Positions 46,407-60,064 are shown, counted from the stretch's first letter. The stretch is DNA of 64,000 nt from Callorhinchus milii (GCF_018977255.1 NW_024704742.1:18416001-18480000), one strand, 5' to 3'. Numbers and translations: made by a program. Notes: a model not told the origin generated them from the letters alone.

Positions 46407-49400
46407 CAACAACAACAACAACAACAAGATTCCATTTATAGAGCGCCTTTCACGTCAGGAGGACGTCCCAAGGCGCTGCACAGTTGGGTCATGACCCGAG
46501 CATTGGGGGAAATGGTCAGGGTGAGGGGAGGGAAGGGAGGGAGCGAGGAGGGGGAAATGGTCAGGGTGAGGGGAGGGAAGGGAGGGAGAGAGGAGGGGGA
46601 AATGGTCAGGGTGAGGGGAGGGAAGGGAGGGAGCGAGGAGGAGGAAGAGAGTCGAGAGGGGAGCTGAAGGCACGGTCAAAGAGAAAGGTTTTGAGACCGG
46701 CCTTGAAGGAGGAAAGGGAGGAAGCAAGGCGAAGGCACTGGGGGATGGAGTTCCAGAGCCTCGGGGCTGAGAGGCTGAAGGCCCGACCACCGATAGTAGG
46801 GCGGTTGGGGCGGGGGACGTGGAGCAGACCGGAGCCAGAGGAACGGAGGGTACGGGCAGGTAGGTAGGGGGATAGTAGGTTGGAGAGGTAGGAGGGAGCA
46901 AGGCCGTGAATGGCCTTGTAGGTGAGGATGAGGATCTTGAAATCAATCCTCTGGGGGATGGGGAGCCAGTGGAGGCGAGCGAGGGTGGGAGTGATGTGGT
47001 CCCGAAGCCTGGTGCGGGACAGTACACGAGCTGCAGAGTTCTGAATGACCTGCAGCTTGTGGAGGGAGGTGGCGGGAAGGCCGGCGAGGAGAGAGTTCCC
47101 ATAGTCCAGCCTTGAGGTGACAAAGGCGTGAACCAGGGTTTCAGCAGCGTGAGGGGTGAGGTAGTGCCGTAATCTGGCGATATTCCGGAGGTGATGGAAG
47201 GCGGTGCCAGTTGTGGTGCGGATGTGAGGGAGAAAGGACAGCTCAGGGTCGAACAAAACGCCGAGGTTCCTGACTGGCTTTGAGAGGTGGAGAGTGCAGC
47301 CTTGGATGCTGATGGTGTCAGCGCCTGAGGTGCGGAGGCGCTGACGTGAGCCAATCAGGAGGGCCTCGGTTTTTCGCACGTTGAGCTGAAGAAAGTTGTC
47401 TCTCGTCCAGGACTCGATGTCGGACAGGCAGGCTGTCAGGACATCGGTGGTCGTGGAGTTGAGAGTAGAGGAGGAAAGGTAGAGTTGGGTGTCATCCGCA
47501 TACATGTGGAAGTTAACCCCATGTTTGCGGATGATGTCACCGAGGGGGAGCATATAGAGGGTGAAGAGGAGGGGACCGAGGACAGAGCCCTGAGGGACAC
47601 CACATGAGACAGTACGGGGGGTGGAGGAGAAGCCATTCGTTGAGACGAAGTGAAGACGGTGGAAAGGTAAGAGCTAAACCATTCAAGGACAGTGCCTTGA
47701 AGGTTGAGGTGGGAGGACAAGCGGTGGAGTAGGATAGCGTGGTCGACCGTATCGAATGCTGCCGATAGGTCGAGGAGGACGAGGAGACAGAGGGAGCCCT
47801 GGTCACAGATGGTCAGGATATCATTGGTGACCTTGACCAGGGCAGTTTCTGTGCTATGAGCAGCACGGAAACCTGACTGAAGGGGTTCAAAAAGAGAATG
47901 GGTGGAGAGGAAAGAGCGCAGTTGGGAGGCGACAACTCTTTCCAAGACCTTGGAGAGAAAGGGGAGGTTGGAGATGGGCCGGTAGCTTGATAGCTGCGAC
48001 GCATCAAGGGAGGGTTTTTTCAGGGTGGGCGTGATGATGGCAGTTTTTAATGGAATGGGGACAGAGCCAGAGGAGAGGGACAGGTTTATGATGTCAGTGA
48101 TATGTGGGGCAAGAAAATGGAGCTGGGAGATAAGGAGTGGAGTGGGGATGGGGTCAAGGGAGCAGGTGGTTGGTTTTAGGGATAGGATGAGTTCAGTGAC
48201 AGAGGGTGGGGAAACGGGTACGAAGGTGTGTAGGGGAGGATGGGTAGGAGTCGGAGTGTGGGAGGGAAGGGGTGGGTGGTGGGTGGAAGTTGGAGGGGAA
48301 GTGACCGCGGAGCGGATTCCCTTGATCTTGGATTCAAGGAAATCCAGCATCTCCTCGCAGTGAAGGTTGGAGGAGATGACCTGCGCGGGGTGGCGGGGGG
48401 GACGGAGGAGTCGGGATGTGGTGGAAAACAGTAGCCTGGGGTTGTTCTTCGCCTCCAGGATTATCCTGGAGTAGAAGGACGACTTGGCCGAGGCTAGAGT
48501 GGAGCGGTAAATTTTGAGGAGGTCCAGCCAGATTTGTCGGTGGACCGTTAAGCCGGATTTGACAAAGGTGCGCTCAGCAGCCCGCACCTGGCATTTCAGT
48601 GAGCGGAGGTGGGTGGTGTACCAGGGGGAGGAGCGGGAGTAGGAGACAGTGCGGGAAGTGATGGGGGCAAGAGTATCGAGTGTGGAGGAGAGGATATTGT
48701 GGAGGAGGGAGAGAGGAGAAGAGGGGTCGGTGAGGGTTGAAGGCCAGAGGGAGAGGAGTTCAGAGGACTCCAAGGCATCGGTTAGGGATTGTGGGGGTAA
48801 CTTCTTCCAAGGGCGGTAGAAGATGGTGGTGGGTCTGGTGGAGGTGGGGAGGGGGGTGGAGGTGGTGAAGGAGATGAAGTAGTGGTCGGAGATGGCCTTG
48901 TCGGTAATAGTGACATCCGAGACACTGAGGCCCCGGGTGATCACCAAATCGAGTGGGTGGCCGTGACTGTGAGTGGGGGAGTTTATGTGTAGGGAAAGGT
49001 TGAGTGAGGAGAGCAGGGAAGAGAAGTCTGTGGAGATGGAGCAGGAGGGGGTGAAGTGTAGGTTAAAGTCGCCCAGGATGATGAGGCGATCAGAGGAGAG
49101 GCAAAGAGATGTGAGGAGTGTTGAAATGTCAGAGATGAAGGTGGGAGAGGTTTTAGGGGGCCGGTAGAGGAGGAGGATTTTAAGGGAGAGGAATGAGGGG
49201 TGGGAGAGGGTGAGGTGCTCGAAGGAGGGGAAAGAGCCAGAGGAGTAGGGGGATAGGGCAAGTGGTGTCCTTGAGATAAGGGCAACACCACCGCCACGGC
49301 GGTTGGGGCGGGGGATGTGGTGGGAGGTGTAGCCGGGTGGCGTGGCCTCCGTGAGGGGGAAGGTGTCGCCTGGGGTGAGCCACGTTTCTGTCAAGGCCAT

Positions 49401-50192
49401 GATATCAACGTTCTCATCAAGGATGAGATCGTTGATGACCAGGGCCTTGTTGCAGAGGGAGCGGACATTTTGCAGTCCGATGTGGAGGGAGCGGTTGACA
49501 GAAGGGTGTGTGGGAGGGGAGGGGGTCCAGGTTGTGAGGCAGGGGTGGGGGAGATGGGGATGAGGGAGGAGAGGTTGACTCCCCGGGTCTGTGTCCGGGG
49601 TGGGTGGCGAGAGTGGTGGGGAATGGGGCAGTCGGTGTGGCTGCTGCTGGACAGCCAACGCCGAGTGCCACGGTGAGCCCGGCGGAGGATTCCCAGACTG
49701 GAACAGAGGGAGGTTGTGGGAGGGTCAAGTGGGGATAGAAGACGAGAGGGACGGAGAGAGAGGAGGAGAGAGCGGGAGAGATGCAGAGGGGGAGGGTTTG
49801 GGGGGAGAGAGGAGGGGGGCGGGAGGGAGGGGGTGAGGGGGCTCGGGTCAAAGCGGCAGCCATAGTGCGCACGCGGGGACCGGGAGCGAGCGGTCAGGTG
49901 GATGGCATTATCCCGCAGATTGGGGCATCGAACCCAACAGGACCATAGTGGGCTCTGATGTGAGCCCTGGGGGGGGGGGGGGGGGGCGCAGAGGTTTTTT
50001 TTTTTTTTTTTTTTTTTGTTTTTTGTGCGCGCGCACTCACCTGAAAACTAATCTATGACGTCGCAGTTCCCCCGCTCCGCCCCCACACCTCCCTCCCCTC
50101 CCTAGCTGCACTCGCTCCGGCGTCGAGTTTAAGTACCTGGGTCAGTAGGCCCAGGCTCCTCCCCGCGCTGTCCTGCTGCCGCTCCCCGACTG
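46407..50192 (-). mobile_element. Full-length LINE-2 copy B (same family), one 5' monomer, three 1-bp frameshifts; in the last ASIC5 intron, sense to ASIC5
   Basis: Reverse complement of copy A with few substitutions outside one block; ORF split into track ORFs 49417-49872, 47436-49658 and 46606-47553; (CAA)n tail at 46407-46427. Confidence 0.95.
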
Positions 50193-50548
50193 AGCAGAGC
50201 GGATCATGGCGCAAATATGGGATAGAAAGGATAGTTGAGAGTCGAACAAGACTACAAAGTTCGGGACTGGCTTACTAAGCTGGAGCAACCATGGATGGTG
50301 ATGCTGTCAGCGCCTGAGGTGTGGAGGCGCTGACGGGAGCCAATCAGGAGAGCCTCGGTCTTGTTAACATTCAATTGAAGAAAGTTAGCTCTCATCCAGG
50401 ACTTGATGTCTGACAGACATTCTGTCAGGACAGAAGTAGTCCTGGAGTCAAGGGTGGAAGCAAAGAGGTAGAGTTGGGTGTCATCCGCATACATGTGGAA
50501 GTTAACCCCATGTCTGCAGATGATATCACCAAGAGGGAGCATACAGAT
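50193..50548 (-). mobile_element. Older L2, RT part (upstream portion of the interrupted element)
   Basis: [25 protein letters not shown]...LFDSQLSFLSHI; joins the 45757-46406 piece. Confidence 0.85.
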
Positions 50549-51169
50549 GTTGTGGAGGAGCAAAAAAATCCCAGTTCATCCAGTCTCTGCTCATAGATGA
50601 AACCACTCATCCATCGTATCATCCTAGTAAAACTCCTCTGCTCCCCCTCTATCGCCTTGACATCTAACTAACAATTTATATAGGCTTAGCATTTTCTCTT
50701 TGCTTTTCTATCCTGCACTTCTATATATAAAATTTAAGGTTCCATTAGCTTCCATTAGCTGCTGGAATTCTATTAGGTGGGGTCTCTCGTCAACACTGCT
50801 GTAGGATCTTTAACATTGCAATGAATAGGCAAATGGGATCTCTGTTTGGATGGCCAAGTTTGTAATATGCAAAATAGGAGTATTTGTTTAATGTCAGAAT
50901 GCATATACAGCATCCAAACACCCACATATCCAAGTACTTACATGTACTGTAAGGCAACAGATCATCAGGTTACTGGGTCTGACACAAGTGAAATTTGCCA
51001 ATTAAACTTTGAATTGAGATCATGCTTCAGCATACAGCAGTGCATTTGTTACCTTTGTATGCCCAAAGTTATGCAAACCATTCCTTTTTACAAGTACTAA
51101 ACTTTCTAACCGTAAACGATTTAAATAAAGTGATAAATGACTAATTTAAAATGTTCTATGCCCATATCT

Positions 51170-51900
51170 ACATAACATAACATGTAGGAGCAGGAGTAAG
51201 CCATTCGGCCCTTCGAGCCTGCCCCGCCATTCAATCATGGCTGATCTTCTAATCTAACTCCAGCTAATAACCTGACCCTACCTTATCCCCATATCCCTTA
51301 ATCCCTTTTGCAATAAGAAACCTATCCATCTCAGCCTTGAATATGTTCAAAGACAGAGTATCAACAGCCCTTTGGGGTAGTGAGTTCCATACATTCACCA
51401 CCCTTTGAGTGAAGAAGTTCTTCCTCAACTCAGTGCAAAAGGGCTGGCCTCTGATTTTAAGGTTGTGACCCCTGGTTTTAGTTTCTCCAACCAGGGGAAA
51501 CAATCTCCCACTATCTACTGTATTATGCCCTTTGATGATCTTATAGGTTTCTATAAGATCCCTCTAATTCTTCTATATTCTAGAGAATAGAGGCCCAAAT
51601 TTGTCAGCCTATCCTCGTAACACAACCCCTTCATCCCTGGTACTAACATAGTAAATCTACGCTGCACCCCCTCCAAGGCAAGTGCATCCTTCCTTAAATG
51701 AGACCACCAAAACTGGACACAGTATTCCAGGTGTGGTCTCATCAGGGCCCTATACAGTTGCAGCAAGACTTCCCTACTCTTATACTCTAATCCTTTCATA
51801 CTGAATGCTAACATATTGTTCGCCTTCCTAATTGCTGCTGCACCTGCAGACTAACTTTCTGCGATTGGTGTACAAGGACACCCAAGTCCCTCTGGACGCT
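51170..51900 (-). mobile_element. CR1 LINE 3' portion
   Basis: LYRALMRPHLEYCVQFW...LEGVQRRFT; TRGHNLKI...FFTQRVVNVWNSLP. Confidence 0.9.
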
Positions 51901-51929
51901 AACATATTCTGATATGGGTCCACATCCTC

Positions 51930-52270
51930 CGCTTCATCCGCTCCTTCCGCTCAGCGGGCTCTGGCCTGCTTCACATCCCCTGCCTTGCCCGCTTCACTAT
52001 TGGTGGACAGGTCTTCTGCCACTCTGCACCCAACCTCTGGAACTCCATCTCTTAATCCCTCCATCTCGTCCCCTCTCTCGCCACTTTCAAGACCCATCTC
52101 AAGACCCTCCTCTTCAACCGTGCTTCCGATCTCCCTGCTTTCACTCCTGCCCTCCACCCTCCCCCACCCCGACCCCCAGCTCGGGTCCGTAACTCTGTCT
52201 GTCCCACGCCTTTGGACGTCCTCCTGACATGAAAGGCGCTAAATAAATGTAATTTTGTTGTTGTTGCTGT
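51930..52270 (+). mobile_element. L2 3' end
   Basis: C-terminal coding remnant, stem-loop cgcctt...aaggcg, (TTG)n. Confidence 0.8.
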
Positions 52271-52374
52271 TGATTGTATAATATCCCAGTAAAAATGGAA
52301 TCACTGCATCAAAGAGTTTGCTTCCACACTGGACACTGAAACAAAACGACTACTTAAGTGGCAGCCCAACTCAC

Positions 52375-52466
52375 CAATAAGTTCGGATATTGGCAGTTTC
52401 TTCTGCTGCTGAGTTAATTCGGAGTTGAGATCTTCGTAAGCGATATCAATGCAAACAAAGTTTTCC
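52375..52466 (-). CDS. ASIC5: ASIC5 exon (ex9 equivalent)
   Basis: caag|G...G|gtgagt, 92 bp; ENFVCIDIAYEDLNSELTQQQKKLPISELI. Confidence 0.94.
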
Positions 52467-54440
52467 CTTGAGAATAAATAAGACAAAACGTTAGTTAAAT
52501 TTTGAAACTGGTTCAAATTTAAAAATTTGCATTGCCAAATCAAACTAGTTCTGTTTTGCGCATGTTTGATGGTGAATCTACCGTCCGAAGTCAACAAAGT
52601 CTGAAAAACGTGGTGCGAGCACACTGCCTAGTGAATTCAGGACATCTGAGCTAGTAAGCAATTGTAGATCTCAGTCATAAAAATAATAATAATCTTTGTA
52701 TTTGATATAATGCATTTATAAGGCCTTTCACATCAGGATGATGACTTAAAGCGCTTCACAGACAATGTTCCCTGTAGGTGAATGCGGCAGTCAATTTGAA
52801 CACAGCAATGTCGCATGAACAGCCATGAAGTAAATGACCAATTTAATTTGGGGAATTATTGACTAGGACTCTGGGACAAGCTCCCTTCTCTTTTTAAATA
52901 GTGCTATGGGATCTTTCAAGTCCATGTGAATAGGCAGGCAGGACCTCAGTTTAATGTCTCATCTAAATGGTGGTACCTTCAATAATAAAACACACTCCTG
53001 TGCTGCATTGGAGTGTCCCACAAACTGCTGTGTGCAATTGGCTGCTGCGTTTGACCCACAAAATATACAGTCAATTCAGTTTACAATATATTCTGTGAAG
53101 CGCTTTAGACGTCTCAAAGACGTGATAAGGTGCTATATCAAATGCAAGAATTATTATTATTTACATGATGGCTGTTTGTGAGACATTGCTGTGTGCAAAA
53201 TGAATGCTGAGTTCACATAAAAAATAGTCACTGCACCTTAAAGTAAAGTCCTGTGAAGTGCTTTGATATATTTCAAATACGTGATAAAGCTCTATAGAAA
53301 ATGCAAGGATTTTTATTATTATTTCCAGCTATAAATCTCAGTCATTTTCTTTCTTTTTGCTCTCCATTTGTTTGTTCAATTGAAATGTTAATAACACTGA
53401 GAAGACTGGTCTAACATTTTGAATGCAGTGTGCAGGAGAGATGGAGACTTACACAGGTTGAGAGGAAGTTTGATTTCTCCATATGATCTGGACTAATGAT
53501 TATTTATCACACCAATGTAAGCAATGTTTGGCTATTTGTAAATCCGATAAGGGAGGATAATTACGTACTGACATAAAAAAACAAGCAACATATTTTGGTT
53601 CCTATATTTTGCATGGTTAAGTCTGAGAGGTTATTTGCACTTTTCATCAGTGGATTAACAGCTCATGTTGATCATTTTGTATTTTTTTGTACTCAAGATA
53701 ACCAGGATGTTTGATTAATAATGGTTACAAGCTTTGAGAAATCATGTGTAAATAATGGATACAGTAAACAGAAAGTTCCTTGGTTACTGAATATCTAACA
53801 CTTCAAGACTTATTATCTTTCTGTCAAGTACTGACAAGTACATGCTATATTGAAAGCTAAATGTCCGAATTGAGTTTGGCTGCTGACTAACTGCCTCTCT
53901 GCATACAGCACATTTAATAATAATAAATAATAGTAATATACAACCTGAAGAGATGTCTGAGGAGTACTGAGCAGTAGCCATTTTTTAACCATTCTGTTAC
54001 GACAGCGGGCTTGTTTTATGTGCCCGAACCATTGTGTTATTATAGGGTCTGACTCTATAAAATGAAATAGTAATAATCTGCAGAAATAATGGTGAGATAT
54101 CCCACCTTCTGCATAAGATGAAAGCAAGAAAGAATGTTCACAGGGGCTTGTCAAATTGTTGCGTCTCAGAGCATTTTGCAAGCAATTTCTGTATAGTGTA
54201 GTGACCTTGGGACGTCCTTCCGACGTGAAAGGCACTATATAAATGTAATCTTCTTGTTGTTGTTATGCGGAATTAGAAATAAGACAACCTGATCTGACTC
54301 AGAACATACATATAACAGCACCCAATGAAGGTGACCTCTGTGACTTTTGAACTGAGGAATGCTATCTAGTCATTTTATTTAACAGCTACAAATACAAACA
54401 TTTGAAGCTTTCCCTCTGATAACCTGCAGATAGTACTCAC

Positions 54441-54609
54441 CTGATATACTCCTTGGTTTTCTGAAATTTTGTGGAAAAAAAATGCAACCCTTTGTTACTT
54501 GGAAAAGTGGAATAAGAGACACGAGTGGCATATTTTGTCTCTTGACACGGAGCGGGGCAGTTGGATCTGTATGGACCTGCTTTGCAGAGTCCCTCTTTCT
54601 CTATGAAAT
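54441..54609 (-). CDS. ASIC5: ASIC5 exon (ex8 equivalent)
   Basis: tag|AT...AG|gtgagt, 169 bp; YFIEKEGLCKAGPYRSNCPAPCQETKYATRVSYSTFPS...EYIR. Confidence 0.94.
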
Positions 54610-54995
54610 CTAGAAGATAAAGAGGAAAAGCACAATTTTAGTTTTGCTCCCAACCAATAGTTGAATATATTTGTTAAAAATAACAATTAGATTTGCAAAT
54701 TATAATTCTCAGTACCTGGTCTGGGAAACAAATGAAGCAAATTGTACTTGTGAGAACTCTTCTCCAAGGGAGGAGCTTAGTTCAGTACAAAGTTCTCACT
54801 AGCTAGTTGGTGTGATGTATGTGAGGTTCTCTGCATGAGATGCACTTTATGTCCTGAGACAATTTACAGGATTTACACTGCAATTTTCTCATTCAAGTTT
54901 TTCTTCAACCCCCTGCCCCTGGCAAGTCAAGTTACTCCAATGGATCAATGATTAAATGTACTATGCAGACCTAATACTCCCAAAGATCATTATAG

Positions 54996-55208
54996 TAATG
55001 ATAATAATAATCCTTGCATTTGTTATAGCGCTTTTCACGACTTCCAGACGTCACAAAGCGCTTCACAGAATATAATATAAAGTGAATTGACTGTAAATTT
55101 TGTGGGCAAAACATGGCAGCTAATTGCGCACAGCAGTGTCCCCCAAATAGTCGTGGATCGAGTGACCAAATTATTATTGTTTGTTTTTACTTGAGGGATT
55201 ATTATTAT
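54996..55208 (-). mobile_element. 5'-truncated copy of the same SINE
   Basis: Reverse complement of the SINE body and (ATT)n tail. Confidence 0.82.
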
Positions 55209-55449
55209 CATTGTTCAGTGAATGAGCCGATCACAGCTTGGGTGGCAGGAAACAAGGTTTACATTTGGTCTCCACTGCACTGAATGAGGGAGGGTGGAAA
55301 TCAGTCTGATCTTGATCTTGTTCTTGACCATGGGCAAGTGACCTCCACGTGAAATTCACATGATCTAAGCTGGGGACATTTTGCAGCTCTGCTGAGGCAG
55401 TTTCCATGATTCGTTAGCCTTCTGACATTCATTGAGATCTAAAGTTTGC

Positions 55450-56345
55450 AAACAAGGTCTGAAGGATAGGGAGCCAATGGGGTCGGGCGAGAGTGGGGGA
55501 GATGGGGTCATGGAGTTTGGTGATGGAGAGGACATGGACTGCAGAGTTCTGGATTATCTGCAGTCTGTGGAAGGAGGAGTTGGGAAGGCCGACAAGCAGA
55601 GCATTTGCATAGTCGAGCCTGGAGGTGAAGAAGACATGAATAAACGTTTCAGCGGCCTGAGGGGTGAGGTAGTGGCGGAGTCAGGGGATGTTACGGAGGT
55701 GAGGGAAGGCAGAGCGTGTCATGTCTTGGATGCGGGAAGAAAAGACAGTTGAGGGGTTGAACAAGACACCTAGGTTCCTGACTGGCTTGGTGAGTTGTAG
55801 TGTGCAACCATGGAGGTTGATGCTGCCAGAGCCTGAGGTGTAGAGGTGCTGGCGCGAGCCAATAAGGAGGGCCTCAGTCTTGTTTACATTCAACTGTAGG
55901 AAGTTTGCCCTCATCCAGGACTTGATGTCTGTCAGGACAGCAGTGGTCCTGGAGTTGAGGGTGGAGGCAGAAAGATAGAGTTGGGTGTCATCCTCATACA
56001 TATGGAAGTTGACCCCATGTCTGCGGATGATGTCACCAATGGGGAGCATGTGAATATTAAAGAGGAGAGGGCCAACGACAGAGCCCTGGGGGATGCTAGA
56101 CGCAACAGTGCGGGAGCTGGAGGAGAAACCGTTAGAGGCAACAAAGTGGAGATGGTGAGAAAGATAGGAATCGAACCAGGCAAGGGCAGGTCCGTGAAGA
56201 TTAAGTAAGGAGGAGAGGCGGTGTATGAGGATGGAGTGCTAGACAGTGTTAAAGGCAGCAGAGAGGTTGAGGAGGACAAGGAGGCAGAGGGAGCCCTGAT
56301 CACAGATGTTCAGAATGTCATTTGTGACTTTGATCAGGGCTGTTT
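55450..56345 (-). mobile_element. Degenerate L2 RT fragment
   Basis: [25 protein letters not shown]...RNLGVLFNP. Confidence 0.85.
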
Positions 56346-56378
56346 CCATGAAATGCTACATTTAAGGATGTTACTTAC

Positions 56379-56435
56379 ACAGCAAGGGATACGCACAGTT
56401 GTAGTACTTTCCTGGCTCACATTCAGGTCCATGTC
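56379..56435 (-). CDS. ASIC5: ASIC5 small exon (ex7 equivalent)
   Basis: caag|GA...T|gtaagt, 57 bp, phase 1-1; GHGPECEPGKYYNCAYPLL. Confidence 0.9.
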
Positions 56436-57074
56436 CTTGAAAGACAAATAATCTATTTCAATAAATTAAAGCTTCCACGCCTGGTAAGCACTCATGCCAT
56501 TTGCCGTAATAATATATCAAATATTTGCCTTGCCAAGTTGAGATAGACTGGGATTTAGGGCTACGTTACATTGCAACCTGTGCACCCATTAAACTGCGTT
56601 AGCATCTGTGTTGCCAAAGCAATTTAGTGCTAAGCAAAGTATGGATTTATGTTGATCCTCCTCCCATTCAATAATGACAACACAAGCATTTCATTGTGGC
56701 CAGCACAAAGGGCATTAGGATAGATTAATACAGACAAGTTTTACATCACTCTTGTATTGATATAACTAATGCGTTGATTATACCAATATCTGTTTCAGCC
56801 CCAGAGTTGCCAATAATGCAGTATCATAGAATCACTGACTTTCATCACAGAACTAGTCTATTCAGCGTGCCATGTTTCAGCGATTATCTTAAGTGAAGGA
56901 TGCAATATCATTGCAAGTTGTTGTTGTAGGCTATTTCAACCTATATTGCCTTTGCCGTCTTTCTGTCAGAGCTATCCAGTTAATTCCAATGCCCTGTCTT
57001 TTCCATATAGTCATTTAAAATATATCCTTTTGAACTACTTGTCTAATTCCCTTTTTAAAGCCATGGATTCCACT

Positions 57075-59243
57075 TTGCCCACCCCTCGACTGAACCGCCA
57101 TGGTGGCGGGGTGGCTTTCAACTCCTGTTCCTTGATCAGCCTATCCCGTTACTCCTCTGGAAATTTCCCCTCCTTTGAGCACCTTACCCTCTATCACCCC
57201 TCCAACCTTACCCTCAAAATTCTCCTGATCTATCAACCCCCCAAGCCCTCCCCCACCTTCATCCCTGACATCTCCACCCTTCTATCTTCCCTCTCCCTTT
57301 GTTCCGAACACCTCCTCATCCTTGGCGATTTCAACCTTCACTTCAACCCCACCTGTTCTACTCCGCTGACTTTTCCTCCCTTATCCTCTCCCTCAATCTC
57401 TCTCTCAACATCCACTCCACCACCCACATCCACGGTCAGCCCCTCAACTTGGTGATCACTCGGGGCTTCACCATCTCGGACCTCACCATCATTGACAAAG
57501 CGATCTCGGACCATCAATTCATCTCCCTTAACTCCTCAATCACTCTTCCCAACGCCACCCAACCCACCTCCACCTCCTCCTGCCCCTGGAAAAAAATCTC
57601 CCCCCCTCCCTCTCGGCTGCCTTGGAGTCATCTAAACTCTTTCCCCTCTGGGCATCCTCCTGCAATGACCTATCCTTTGTGGAGTCCTGTAGCTCAGTGG
57701 ATATAGCACTCGCTTTGCAAGCAAGAGACCTGAGTTCAATTCCAGGCAGGGCGAAACCTTGGGCAAGTTTCCTTACTCCACACGCCTAATAATAATCCCT
57801 CCAAAACAAACAACAATAATAAATTGGTCATTTTCAATCTACGACTGATTGTGGGACATTGCTGTACGCAATTGGCTGCCGCGTTCACCCACACATATAC
57901 AGTCAATTAACTTTACAGTGTATTCTGTCAAGCGCTTTGGGAGTCCTCCCGATATGAAAAGCGCTATATCAAATGCAAAGATTATTATTATTATTATTAT
58001 TACTATTATTATCCTCCTTGGTCACTCTTCTCCACAGCTCCCTATTCTCCACTCTTGATTCCCTCGCTACCCTCTCTTCCTGAACTGACTCCTCCGTCCA
58101 CTCTCTCAGGCCTCACCCATCTTCACCTCAAATGCCAACTGCGAGGCGATGCTGGCTTCCTCAAATTCAAAGTCAAGGGAATCCACTCAGCTGACTCTGC
58201 CACTGCAACTGCAATCCCCTCCCCAACTCCTCCTCTAACCCCAGCCCCTACCCACCCCTCGCTCCACATCTTTGAACTCATCTCCTCCTCTCTCAGCACC
58301 ATCATAACCCATATGATACACACCACCTGCTCCCTCGACCCCATCCCTACCCCACTCCTTACCTCCCAGCTCCACCTCCTTATCCCTCCACTCACTGACA
58401 TTGTTAACCTCTGCCTGTCCTCTGGTACTGTTCCCACCCCTTTAAAAACCGCTGTCATCACTTTTATCCATAAAAAAACTCTCCCTAGACCCTTCTCTAC
58501 TCCCTAACTACTGCCCCATCTCCAACCTCCTCTTCCTCTCCAAGGTCCTGGAACAAGTTGTTGCTTCTCAGCTTCGCTCCTTCCTCTCCCGCCATTCCCT
58601 TCTCGAAACCCTCCAATCGGGCTTCTGTACCGCCCACAACACAGAAAACACCCTGTCCATCTGGGACCAGGGCTTCCTCTGCCTCCTCGTCCTCCTTGAC
58701 CCTCTGCTGGCTTCGCCACCATCGACCACTCTGTCGTCATCCTCACCGGGGTGTGTTGCATTATTGAAAGCAGGGAGATCGGAAGCACGGTCGAAGAGGA
58801 GGGTCTTGAGATGGGTCTTAAAGGTGGTAAGGGAGGGAGTGAGGTGGAGAGACTGCGGGATGTCCTTGGCCCCTCCTACCTCTCTGACCTGCTGATTCTC
58901 TACCAACCTGCCCGCTCCCTCCATTCATCGGGCTCCGGCCTCCTCTGTGTCTCCCGCTCGACCTATCCTACCATCAGTGGCCGGGCTTTCAGCCTCTCTG
59001 CCCCCACACTCTGGAATTTCATCCCACAGTCCCTTCGTCTTGCTTTCCCCTTGCCTCTTTCAAGGCCGGTCTCAAGACCCTCCTTTTCGATTGTGCCTTC
59101 GGTCACCCTCCCACCTCTCTGCCTTCCATCACTCCTACTCCATCCCTCCCCCTTGCTCGATTCCTGACTCCTGACTATCCAGGGCCTTGGGATGTCCTCC
59201 TGATGTGAAAGGCGCTCTATAAATGTAATTTTGTTGTTGTTGT
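57075..59243 (+). mobile_element. Degenerate L2 (APE to tail) with a nested SINE and an inverted insert
   Basis: RHGGGVA...[10 protein letters not shown] (APE), [10 protein letters not shown], 3' stem-loop and (TTG)n. Confidence 0.85.
57679..58010 (+). mobile_element. tRNA-derived SINE inserted into an L2
   Basis: Same family as 12530-12848; flanked by TATCCT at 57671-57676 and 58010-58015 (possible TSD). Confidence 0.9.
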
Positions 59244-59774
59244 ATGTAAATTTGAACTCCCTCTCTTCTAAAGTCATTTGAAAGCAATGCTCTGCTATAT
59301 TTATTGAAATACTTAGGCTTTTTTTTCATCTTAACTCCTGCTTTGGAAGTTGTGAAAGTTATTACAATTATCCACCATCTTCCCTGACTGTAAGAAAATC
59401 CGTTGATGTTGTTGATGCCTCTACTCTCCACCAACAGAGTGTCAGATTAACCCAGGTTTAAAGTACTAACTTGACATGTTAACAAATGCAGGGACCTTGA
59501 CATTTTTATAGGAGCAACATTTGTATTATTCCTAAATAAATTAAATTTAGTGTAGAATTTAGGGTCTGGGGATGCCTGTCCTCTGGTACTGTTCCTACCC
59601 CTTTAAAAAACGCTGTCATCATTCCTATCCGTAAGAGGAAATATAGCAAATATTCAAAGCTTCCTTATTGTCACCGTAATAAACTGTTAGACACATACAA
59701 CTTTGAAGTATTGTTTTCACTGATGACCATAAACCCGTTAGTTGCTTTTAACAGAAAATTATAAATGTACTAAC

Positions 59775-59922
59775 CAGGCAACAGGAAAGGAAAGCAGCCA
59801 CAGTGTTGTTTGATATACTTTGATTTACACTCCTGCAAACATCTGTATGTTGTATAGGTGTCGTGATATTCCAGGCTTATGTGAGGGTTACATTCTCCCC
59901 ATGGGTATTCCTGGTTTATTGT
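59775..59922 (-). CDS. ASIC5: ASIC5 exon (ex6 equivalent), Cys-rich thumb
   Basis: 148 bp; TINQEYPWGECNPH...CLQECKSKYIKQHCGCFPFLLP. Confidence 0.95.
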
Positions 59923-60064
59923 CTATAGTAAAGAAACACAGATCCCAGCTGAAAACAGGCATTTAGGACAGTCGGAGATTTGAACTATAGATTGCCATGG
60001 CGCACACAGGAACAATAGGTGGAGTATCAAAGCACAACCAGTGCCTGTGGAACCGCACTCCTTT

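Noticed and set aside
46407..50192. Copy B as an assembly duplicate of copy A
   Set aside because: It differs in monomer count, tract lengths, 3' repeat count and a diverged block, and it cleanly interrupts an older L2.
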